The notes under the pieces: generated by a model
Database searches by the model: none
Told to the model about the DNA's origin: nothing
What the model saw: only the letters and a program-made list of their open reading frames with translations
Translations under genes and position numbers: made by a program
NCBI GenBank assembly: GCA_036172245.1
Contig: JAYWIR010000002.1
Coordinates: 186,001-250,000, forward strand
Length of the DNA stretch: 64,000 bases
Origin: Raillietiella orientalis
Lineage: Eukaryota
Direction of reading: 5' to 3'
Shown: positions 1 to 11,405 of the stretch, piece after piece
Layout: the number at the start of each line of letters is the position of its first letter
Position numbering within the stretch: position 1 is the stretch's first letter

Positions 1-1431
1 TTCTGGAAGAGTAACGTACAAATATACTTATATTCTTGGCCTTTTTGTGCACTTGATTCCCGAGAAACTCTTCACTGTTGAAAGCTTCCATCACACTTTC
101 GATGAAAGTTCTACTTTCCTAGCTTATTCGTTTAATAAGTTTAAGATCTGACAACTCACTTCCCAGCAACCGTAAAACTACAATAAAAACAGTTGCCATA
201 TTCCTCAGGTTTCTTACAAAACAGGAAAGAAATCACATTCATGATAAGCATACGACTTCATCACGTAAACTCAAGACCATGAACTTAAAAAAACATGCCC
301 TTCTCTGGAAGCATTACGACTAAGGCAAAGAGAAAGGAACCTTTCATCGCTTAAAGTTACTGCAGGAAATCTGATCTCAACTGACAGAGTGAAAGCGACA
401 ATTTTGCCTATTTACTGCTCAGTCCACATCACTTCGAAACCACTACTATGGATACTATGCAGCATGTTAAGCTGTTAGGAAAATTATTGAAGATGAAACC
501 GAGGTTGACACTGCACAGTCCGCTAATCTTTTATCAAAGACTACCAACCTTTAAAGACCGAAAAACAGTAAGGACATAAAACTCTATACGTGGACATTTC
601 GATTTGGTGCTCTTATTTATGTGTGCAGGACAAGACACAGTACAGCATTTGGTTCCAGGATCAAGTTCCACTGAAGAATTCACGAAGGCATTATTTTGCA
701 CCAGCTCCTCCTTCGAAATTTTAAAAGCACTACATTCGAAGCCTCGGTATCTTTTGTTAGCTGATTTCAATTGTGCTTTTAGCATTCTTTTACGATTTAT
801 GCAGCACGTTTTTGCATTCTCATCCATACTGTGATCTCACTACTAAGTTATGTTGCCCTATGTCGACCATAGCAAACAGAATCATGACTCCGAATATCAG
901 GTGAATCCAGACTTTGGTCTGTGTTCAGAAAAATCCGCTCTTCGATGTGACGAATAGCAATCTAATTGTATGTCCAGTTGATGTCACAGTGTCACACATG
1001 GTGTAGACAGCGTCAAGTGAGTTATCGTACACATATTACCTCCAAGTTCGCATTCTACGGGCATTAAGTCTCAAGCTCAAAGGTTTAAAAAAGTCTTTGG
1101 ACCGAGGGCAGTTTTGATTACTTCTAACCTGCTTACTTGTGAACGCTGCTACCAACTAGGCATTGAATTTGGTCCACAGCTGAGAAAACTTTGTAACCTG
1201 AACGAATACTATTTACATCCGTATCGGACTTTCTGAAGCAGTAGTGTTATCGACTTCAAATAGGTGAAGTTTACATTTTTGCGTGCGTGCTTGCTAATCC
1301 AGGTAGGCAAGCCTGTCTAGCATCCTCTTCCCCTAAATGGCAAAGGCTTGCGTCGCTCCATGGGCATCGACACGGAATCTGCAAAGATAAGATTCATGCA
1401 GGCAGTTCGTGGATCCTGAGGCTGATATTAT

Positions 1432-1497
1432 AGCAACACATGGTTATTAATTTATTAATAATATTTATTATTAATTTATTAATAACCATGTGTTGCT
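1432..1497. repeat. Near-perfect palindrome, 32-bp arms
   Basis: AGCAACACATGGTTATTAATTTATTAATAATA-TT-TATTATTAATTTATTAATAACCATGTGTTGCT; 30/32 paired. Confidence 0.95.
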
Positions 1498-4400
1498 GGC
1501 AGTAATTTATTACTTTCGAAGGCATCAAGCAGAACAAAGTCATCACAAAGGAGAAACATAAACCTTTGTCTTATTCGTGGAACATTAATATCGAAAATAT
1601 CCAAAATGCACAAATACCTTGTGAGGGACAGTCTTGCTCCCCTCCAAAACATTGGAAAAGATGTTTCAACAAAAATCAGTGTCCGCCTGTGACACAAACT
1701 TGCGGTTCGGGAAATTTTGTCTATATTGAAAACGTTCGTAACTTCGACGTCCTACAGCATATCTTCCAGCTCTGTATCCGTATGCTCTTTATCTATTGTA
1801 TCTATCGTGCTCGGGCATGCTCCTGTTTAAACAGATCTGTAATGTTCATAGTGTTTAGCAAAAAAAGAAGCCAAATACCTCAACTTCGCAAAAAACAGTT
1901 GCAACGCTGCATTATCAGTCCCACAAACGGATGTCCTGCAAATTACACACGCCACGAGTATCTGCACTCGTGGCAAATGAAATATGCTTTAAACATAGCG
2001 TGCTCTTTCGAAAAAAAAAAAAAAACCCTTGGGAAGATCTATTGTAGCAATTTCCCATCAACAGCATAATTAAACAGGAATCACAAAATTTTCGCTCATG
2101 TAGCCAAATGAGAGGGAATCACGAAAACAAGGCCTTTGTAAGCATTGTCTCATCTCATGATACTTTATATGCAATCAATTCTGCCAACTACTGATTTTCA
2201 CTTATGGTATTTACAATTATGCATTTTTCAACAGCATTATTTCTGACAGAATTACTCAGGTAACAAAAGGAAAGCACTCACTGATGCCTGTTCAGTATGT
2301 TGAGATTTTTGAGACCACAATGATTGAGCCCATAAACAAAGCAAAACACTATGAACACATCACATGTAACATGGATAACACATCACATGCAGCATGGACA
2401 AGTAAGACAATAATCTGAATACTATGATATGTATTTACGTTAACATGGAAAAAATTTCAAAATTAGAAAGTGAAGCACACTTATTGCAATGGCATCTAAA
2501 GCTGAATTTCAAAAGGATTGATCGGTACTACACTCATTAGCAGACTCATAAAAAGCTTAACACAAAATAAAATCAAGGGAACTCGGAACTGGAATACTGC
2601 AACTTAAAGCAGTTTGTTCAATCTGCAGTTGAGATATTCTTAATGACACAAATTGTGGAAGACACAAATCTGAAATAAGACTAGAACTACAAAACGTGCA
2701 ATCACAAGCAAATAAACTTTATTGAACTAACAAATACAATTCACTTTCTGTTATGCACAAACTTCACACATAAAAATCAGCACTTCTTCAACATATGTTG
2801 CACTTCACAAAATAAACGTTAATCAGCTTGCAAAGACTCTTTACAAGGAAGGGAAACACCACATTTTCACCTAAAACACAAATTATGAACGAAAGAAGGC
2901 AGTGTATCTTCACTTTGTTTCCTATATATGACACTGCCCCAAACAAAGGTTTGTGGGAGTTCTTACGATAGGAAACATTTTTATTGGCTTGATTTTAACT
3001 GTCATGCAATTAATTGATGACACGGGAAATCAGCCAAATGATTAAAAACTTGTCACTTACTGCGTCTCCAACGATGTAAGGCTTCTAGAGCGAGTCCTGG
3101 AACTTTATTTGACGTAGTATTTATTCACCAAACGGGTGCATCACATGGTCCTTCGTAACAGACCCGCCAACCTATTTAAGAACACAAAAAGGAAAATTAG
3201 AAAATTTAAACCAAGGATTCCAGAAAAAATTAGCCAATTTTCTTTCAGACCGCCCTAAAATGATATCATTTGGATCATACTTAGAATCATCACAACGCAT
3301 TAAAATGACAAACCACCACAGAAAGGTACAACTTACCATTCCGGAATCTTTCGAAAATCTGCCCTCGCGGCTGCTCACATCTCCGACCATTTCTGCCCTA
3401 AGGCTGCCTTAAAAATCGTGCCGCTCCTCCGAAATATCTGCAAGCGCAACATCCGAAGAAGAAGGACGAGCTCCCGCATCAGACTCCAGCAGATTTCAGC
3501 ACACTGCCGCCACCATCCGACATGGCAGCTACCAAGCCTTCGTCGAACGCCTTCGTCTGACGGATCCGCCATCTTCCCTACCGGGGACGCACTCAGCAAC
3601 ACGCAACTGCAGAGCAGCCGCCCCCTCCCGCAGCCGATGAAGGTAAACTAAGACGGACTTGCCAGGAATGTGGCAGGATGTCTGAGATTACACACAAAAA
3701 AAAAACCTTCCTACATAAATCATATTGTAGTAATTCTGCTCGTGAAATACGCTTTGCCGCTAATGTTCAAAAAAGCAATCCAAGGATCTGTGGATGTGTC
3801 GATTTTTGAAACCGTTTTCAACGTCATTACATTATAAACAACCAAATCGCTATTTAAAAAAATGCAAAATGTAATGTTTATTCGATTATAATATCTCTCA
3901 ATCCATTGAAATTGTTCCTGCTTCAACCAGAAATGTACACTTACCATCGAATTCATTTTGGAAATGATGTCAACTGATTGCTTCTAAGAATAGGAGGAAA
4001 TAACTTTCAAGAGGTTAATAGTAATGGTGCAGTTAGTCTTTCATCGGAACGAAAAGACTAAAATTCTTATATACGACAAGAATATTTTCAAAGAAATAGT
4101 AAAACATGGATTTTTTTGATCCATGCTTTTGTGTTATTTTTCCAAAACATCCAAGATTTGTATTCACTTGTTATTTGAATCATTTTCCCAGAATCAGCTG
4201 TCTTACAGAGCAACCAACCAAATCAATACAATGTGTATATGTCCTTAGCAGCATAAATGAATATTTCTATCACTATTGAGTAGGCTGGAAAACCGGTTTA
4301 CTAGACACCACTGAAAATTTGTCAATTTGTCAATAAAATAAAACTACTAAGAGCTCTATTCGCTACTGACAGAGTTGAATTTCATGAATAAATAATTAGA

Positions 4401-5418
4401 AGTTACTGATTCCATCAAACCCATGTGTTTAGTATTCCAAATCAATTGAATTGACAACTGATAGAATTTTAAATGGAAGATATCGATTTCATAGCGGAAA
4501 TTATTTATTGGAAAAAATTGCTTTTTCTCTACTGCTGTTGTAATACTTTGAAGACGATCTTTGCCCATGATTTGAGAAAGAAATGTAAATGTATTTCGGA
4601 AACTTGTTTGCACAGAAGACTGTTGTCCCTTTGTGTGATTTGGGAATAATAAGTACATTGATTAAAGACCTCTGATCTTTAAAATTTGGTTCTCTCGAAT
4701 CTTTTTCTATTGGGACGACCGTTAAATTATGAATTGCTAACTGCATTTTTCCTTTGCTTCTAATTGCCTGAAGACGTAAAGCGAGTCACAAATGAGGTTT
4801 ATATTATTAGGGTGCCTTGAATTGAATCGTTTTCTGTCATATGAACACTTATTCCATAGTTTAAATTGTTTGCCCATTTAAAACATGGAGATAAGTATAT
4901 TTAGAAAGGAGCCCACTGAATATTTCCTTCTCAGCACGAGTTCGGCTTATTGAAGAAAACTGTAGGAATGTTCACTGAACGACTGCCATTTTTTTTAACG
5001 ACTGCAGTGTAGCAAAATGAGGGAAGTTTCTGACGAATTCACGATTCAGTTAGCAGAAGTGAGCACAGAATATTGCATTCAAAATAGTTCTCTTTGGGGA
5101 ACTGCCACGAATTTGTTTTCTGTTAATGGGATGACAACGTTTGACTTAATACTCTTTCGGGGAAGACTACCAAATCCCGACCTTTTCAGGAAGTTTTCTA
5201 GATTCGACTTGGCGACAAACGATGAATGACGTCATTGTGCAATCAAAGGATAGCCAGTCGGTTGTGTTAGCCTCGAGTCCCACCTTGTTGAAGGCCGGAA
5301 ATTCACTATGTGAGCTCCACATAAATGATTATCAGCTACTTTCACACTGTTAACAGCATTAATCTTCCGAGTGATGATGATACATGCATGCACGTATGCA
5401 CGTGATTCACAAGTGTCT

Positions 5419-5456
5419 CTTGCGTGCTATTGGGTGCTCTGCCAATAGCACGCAAG
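5419..5456. repeat. Perfect inverted repeat, 15-bp stem, 8-nt loop
   Basis: CTTGCGTGCTATTGG-GTGCTCTG-CCAATAGCACGCAAG. Confidence 0.95.
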
Positions 5457-6954
5457 CAAGATGGCAAGGCTTTTTATCGGGTGTTTTGATATTGCAGCAC
5501 AGTGCAATTTAGTTTTTGAGCATTTTTATGGTGAAATGTGCTATATGGCTACAAGGAATTCTCGCAAACACAATAAATTGCTTCAGATGCAGAGATGCCA
5601 TGCCTCGAAAAGATGATCGCTTTTTTTTTCTGCGAAAAAAGGTGAACGACTGTCCATGAAGAGAAGAGAACAGAGACAGAGCAGAGAAGAAAGAAGAGAC
5701 AGAGCTCGTATAGGTATGCTGGCTGGTTAGAAAAGCGTATTGAGCTCCTACAAAGAACTGTTAAGGAAGGAACTCAGTCTGCGGCTTGAGCTTTTGGTGA
5801 GAACTGGTGTCAAGACAGGAATCATACAAAATCAAGCAATCTGGAGTTAGGGCACATTCAAAGTTTACTCTCATCGGAAATGAAAACCACTAGTGGTTTT
5901 CATTTTTAAGTCTTCAAGTCCTTTCAATGAGTACTACTTGTGGTTTTCGTTCAAAGACATTCATGAAGAAGAACTGAAATTTCCAATAAAAGAGTTCCCT
6001 TGCTCCTGAAGTGAGGCTTTTCCTATAAAACCAGAGAAACTATCTACTAAATAAGTGCTACCATCCATAAAAAGTTTGGACAAAGTTGTGCCAAAGAGTT
6101 CCCAGCTCTTATCGCAAAGGCCAAATGTAAATGCTATCTTCATCATCCTTACAATAAAGTCAAATTTACTTAGCTGTATTGTTCCAAGCATACATAATAT
6201 TGCAGCTTCTCCTACTGTTATCTGTGGTGTGAGTATCACGGAAAGCCCAGAGTCTCCTGTAATGAAAAAACTGAAAGAAGCACGTGTTGTTCCCAAAACT
6301 CTCCTTCTAAAAAAAAATCACGTGAGTTTGATACTTATTTCTTTTCGAAACATGCATCAAACTGCTGAATCATCGAAAAAACGGTCTGAAAAGACTTCGC
6401 AGTCTGGGAAATATGGTTCTCAAGACGTATCTGGTGAACCTCCGACGAATAAACCAGTATGAGATGATGCTTTCCGCCTTCCATTAAATCGACGTTGGAA
6501 TCAGTCGCAAGCAAATCTTGAAAATTGCTTTTGACATCCGTTTCATCAAGAGTGAGATGTCTTCACCGGGCGAGACCGTAGATGCTACAAGAAAAAAAAA
6601 AAAAAATATTGCTGTGCTCGTCACAGAGTTGAAGAAGACCTCGCAACACGTCAACACAGTTACTAATTCTAACGGAAAAGTGAGATTTGCAAAACAAGTA
6701 GAAGAAACAGCTGATGGAGACCAGCCAGGAGGATGAAGGAACCTCCACTTCTATGGAAGGACTTTAGCAGATCATTTTCTTCACTTCGTCGATGTTACCC
6801 AGCGTCCTCAAACGTACGAAGAAGTGCATGATCTGATGTTAATGCCGACCCGGAAGCAAGCAAAGCATCAAGTTATGAAGGCGATAACGAAGAAACTACT
6901 GCGCCAACAACTTCCGTTGCTGCTGTGCAAAAAGTTTTCCAGTGCATGAAATCA

Positions 6955-7083
6955 TGCAGCAAAAATCCTCACATTTCGTTCCGATTAGACAGGTAGCCAT
7001 GCTGGCACCGTTTAGGGGTTCCGAACCGGCCGTCAGCCACATTACAGACATTGCAGTTCTCTCTGTTCGCCGTTAAATGCGTT
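6955..7083 (+). repeat. Dispersed ~130-bp element, copy 1
   Basis: AGGTAGCCATGCTGGCACCGTTTAGGGGTTCCGAACCGGCCGTCAGCCACATTACAGACATTGCAGTTCT aligns colinearly with 58470-58539; similarity extends on both sides. Confidence 0.85.
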
Positions 7084-9099
7084 GTAAGCACTACTATCTT
7101 GTTACTGACAGCTATCTAACATTTCCAAATTGCTTGCTTATTACCTTAAATCATACCAGTAGCAAGGTCTGTGGCTTCTAAGGCACATGCCAAACTTTGC
7201 TCCACTTCATGTGTGAGTTTGCAACCCTGTTACACCCAGGACATTTATGGGAACGAACAAACAATAAGGGAGAAAACGGGCTTCCTCCTACAACAGGTTC
7301 AGGCAGGGAAACTTCACACAAGGTTCTGCTCAGCATCTTGAGTTGGAGCTGAACGCACACAAGAAAACTCGGGCGACCTTGCCATCCTCCTATCGCTCGA
7401 TGAGACGTTGAGAAATGGTTGGGAGACTTCATAGCAGTTGATATAAGCTTTCTATTTTATCCATCATCTCATAAATGTGCACGTAAAGAGACATGTCGTC
7501 TTGGTCGACACTAACCGCAAAGAAAAAATTTCCTTGGAATGCATCCACCTCTTGAAAAGGGTGAGTTTACTCATAAAATACGTTGTTCAAGAGTATTCAC
7601 AAGACAACCGAGAATTCGCATGCGTTCTCTTTTCAATCTCACGTTTCAATTTATTCAACTAGCTTGTATGTGACAGGAAAACACAGATGCTTAACACAAA
7701 CAACGCTTCTGCGATGTGCTAAAAGTACAGGGGCGTGGAAGAATTGAAAACAGAAAATTCTGATACACTCAGCCAATTCGCGTACTGTGGCATTCATCCT
7801 ATCGTTGAAGAGACGCATGACACATGCAACGACAGCATAAATTATTAATCCTAAGAAACTATCAAGACACTACTGTTGACGCACACTTCTGAAACTCGGA
7901 AACCTTCTGGAACTTTCGCTAGCTTCCTTCTCAGTTTGCATGGCAAACTGATGCTCCACACGTAGCTGGGCCTCCATGTCATCATGACCCTTGATGTGAC
8001 CTGGGTGCGTGCATGGATGCGGATGCACTTCTCTGGTCGAAATCGTTGGTGGCTGGAGACTCCGTTAAAAGAATTGCCAGCAGTTTGTGCGAAATGCAAG
8101 ATTTCTCGTTTCCAAAGCACATCCGCTGGATTCGTGCGTCTGCCAACTTCAAGGCTCGCACGCGTTTCACACGTTTTTTGGAACATTCCAAAAGAACTTG
8201 TTCTTGAGACCGGTTAAGACGTCATGCCTTACGTTACCAGCATACAAGAAACCGAAAAAGGTCACCTTAAAAAGTGCGTTTTCTCTTGTTTGCCTGAACA
8301 AAATCGTTTGATGAGACTACTGAAAAGCAAATGCAAGAAAAAAAAAAAAAAAATTCGCCCTCAGCCACGCTTCCGGCAACCTGCATTTTTTGTCTGGATG
8401 TGAAAAATCGAACTGAAGGACTCCTTAGCACACTTGCTTGAAGCTTTTTGCACCGACGTGCTACGCAGCGTAGCCTTGAAAATAAAGCGAATGCAAAGTT
8501 CACAAGGTTTCAATGCATTGATTCACTTCGTAAACATTTGCTGCAAACAGATGGCACAGAAAACGTGTTCCCTCCGGAAGCTTCGGTGTAAGCCCGGAAT
8601 CCAGTGAAAACTCCTCTGTATTCTGCTGCCCTCATATTTTGTCAAACAAACGAACGAGGAATAGGAGATCATCATAAACGTTTTCTTGGAAATCAGATTC
8701 ACAATTTTTACTTTTGGATTCACGGTTTAAACAACTTTCAAATGTCCACATCTGGCTACTTTTTTGTGAAAATAAACACAAGCTTACAAAAAAACCTAGA
8801 GAGAGAAAAAAAACAAACTCTTACAATCATGTCCCCGTTACCAATTTTTGCAAACTCCTTTTGACTTCCCCTAAATAAAAGTTTCAGTTAACTGCTCAGA
8901 GTTTAAACCAAAATTCCGTCTTACACTGTTGCAGTCACACTGTACCTGTGGCAATTGGAAGAAAAAAGTCCTCATCACTTGAGCAAAAATTAAACTCTTT
9001 TCTGGAAGATGTAAGATATTTCTTGATTCTTCCGAAAACTATTAACTAGCACTAGTGAAACATATCTGAACTGTGTTAGATGCAATCACATAAAAAAAC

Positions 9100-9660
9100 A
9101 CCTTCACTCTAAAGGAAAACGATGCATATTTATTACACTTTTCTGAATGCTTGCTGAATGCACCAACTTTATCAGATGCATCCGCCATGGCTATCAAAGC
9201 AGACAGTATGCAATAATTGTGTTAAAGGGGCTAGCTGAGGAGCATAAATATGAGCATAAATCATGCAATCATGACTATCTGGTAAAGGTGACCAGCACTG
9301 ATATACAAATCTTCTGAAGAGTTTTGGGCGTCATTATATAACACTGCAGCATATTTAGATGCTGATGACCAATTGCATAATGCCTTTCCTTGCAATAGAG
9401 GAGCAGTGTCATATGCAGCTCTATGTTTTAATTACTGTTAAGAAATGGAGAATTGAAGCATATATGCCCAGCATTTGGAATATTACATAAAGCACAATCA
9501 ACCTTTGCTACCAGGTCCACCACCAAGTCCAGCAGCAATCAACAAATGCACTGCAGTATGACATTATTGCTAGTTTGCAATATAGGAATATATCTTACAT
9601 AACTTACAGAGCTTTTTGGGTTAACAGATAGACATGAGAATATGGCAGGTGATATCAATG
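9100..9660 (-). pseudogene. Probable decayed TTC39-family (TPR protein) gene remnant
   Basis: Spliced fragments HILMSIC*PKKLLHLLIAAGLGG (like TTC39 'LSLLPARIIRLLEFIGFSG') and LCNWSSASKYAAVLYNDAQNSSEDLYISAGHL (like TTC39 'NWxxAxxYAxLL...S...Y..AA.L'); in-frame stops, short GT-AG introns retained, CpG-depleted. Boundaries approximate. Confidence 0.4.
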
Positions 9661-10330
9661 ATTCACGTTTCTCATGTTTTTAGCTTTGTTGCTGGAAAGA
9701 GCCAATACACCAACTTCAAAGAAATGTAAGAATTACAATACTAATAGATCAAAACCATCTGATAAAAAAGATCAGAACAAGCAAATATCTCAAGTTAGGC
9801 CAACTATAGGAGGCAGAAAGGACTTTGGTGCAAGTCAAATTATTCAACAAAACATCATTAATTTCATTAGCCACTATGAAAGATATGTAGAAGGAGATGG
9901 AAGCCCTGGATTATATTTATTAGGGCAGCTATTGACATAAGCAATATACATAAGATGTGCATCTTATGCAAAAGAAACAAGATTGTGAGCCTGGCAGAGA
10001 ACATGATTCCTTCTGGTAAAAGTCTGAAGTTAGCTACTATAGCTCAACATCAAGAGTATGCTCTTGTAACATTAGAGAAGCAAAAAACTAAGGTAAAAAA
10101 AGCAAGAATACCTTATCAATACTTCCAGTTTACCTAAGGGACCAGATAGGAATATATACCTCAAACTGGAGCATAATCATTGGACAGTTTTATGTGAGAT
10201 AGGTGATTGTGATATTAATTGATACTAAAACTTACACTCTGGTTGATAGCAAAACTGCTGAAAATCCTCAACAGCAAACTGATTCAAGATTTGAGAAAAG
10301 GAGTAGAAATTAAAAATTTCACGACTGAAT

Positions 10331-11059
10331 TCATTTAGTATGCTTTTTTTTTGATGCAGCAGTCCTGTGCATTTTGTACCTTGCTTGCATCTTCAGAATC
10401 TTACGACTTCTACGATTTGCATGCTTCCATTGCTGTTTGACTAGACTTAATAAGCTTGACCGTTGCTCCAGGTGCTCCCTATACAATTCTTCTTTGCCTT
10501 TGGTATGAGTCAGGAACTGAAGGGCCTCTGTGCCAATTACACAGTGGGTGTATCACTTAGCTTTCCAAGTTTACCTTGAAATCGGGGATCCTCTTTACTG
10601 AAAAAAAACTTCTCTCCATGCATGGGAATGCCTTCAGGAATTGTTTCAACTTTGTTTTCATCACAAGGTAGAGATAACCATGGTTCAGTGTCACAGTCTC
10701 CTGAATACTCATCCAGTAGTTTAATGGGATCTGTAATGAGCTATGTGATCATGAAATCAATTCAAATCAAATACTGTGAGCAATCTCAGGAAGCTGGCTG
10801 TTAAATAGCTTGCACAAGCTGAATGTCTCTGTATGATCATGGGCAAAACTGAGCCTATCTGATACTTCATAAAATTTTCTAGATGACACCACTGGATAGG
10901 ATGATTTATCACTCTCCTGCTCAACCACATTAGGTCTATTGTTGTTGCTTGCTTCATACTGTTTATGACCTTTCTGAGTTGGGTCATAGCGCACATGTAT
11001 AGAACTACATACACCTGATTAGTATTCAAACAAATAATAGCTCACTTATTGAACTCCAT
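10331..11059 (-). CDS. NOL8: NOL8 C-terminal-region protein, 198 aa; exons 11059-11046, 11004-10775, 10730-10575, 10527-10331
   Basis: Three GT-AG introns (41, 44, 47 nt) join one open frame: MEFNNSIHVRYDPTQKGHKQYE...YPVVSSRKFYEVSDRL...FSLCKLF...FFFSKEDPRFQEALQF...WKHANRRSRK...KKKHTK*. The RYDP, KFYEV, FSL and FFFSKxDxR motifs and basic tail match the NOL8 C-terminus as I recall it. No N-terminal RRM found. Confidence 0.75.
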
Positions 11060-11405
11060 CTTGTGAAATTAAAGTATAGTATCTTGTGAAATGGTTATTC
11101 TTTTTAAGGAGAATCAAAACACAAGTACTCTCTGAAATTCACCTCCTCACTCTTGAACTTTTATTACCAAGAATCTTCAGAACATTGAAATAAATTGAAA
11201 ACCATACATCCCTAAGAGAAAATAAATCAACTACCTGAATATCTCTGGAATTCTAAAACATTTAAGAACATATTAAAGAATTATCAATGAAAGCACATTA
11301 TCAATAAAATGCCAGATGGCAATGTATCATTAACATACTTTGGTAAAAGAAAGTTTGCATTCACTGAAGGCTACTTTCACAAATATGTAACTCACTACAT
11401 ATAAA

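Larger units (their letters stand above)
2700..8900 (-). ncRNA. Putative spliced non-coding transcript(s) or decayed gene(s)
   Basis: Exon-like blocks 3337-3681 and 3061-3171 have AG acceptors and GTAAGT donors but are closed in all three frames; 48-nt intron 6751-6798; AATAAA near 2720. Extent is inferred. Confidence 0.3.

Noticed and set aside
11150..11255. Upstream NOL8 exon (…YFNVLKILGNKSSR)
   Set aside because: Only a faint resemblance; it lacks the acidic character expected there and has no start codon or upstream partner.
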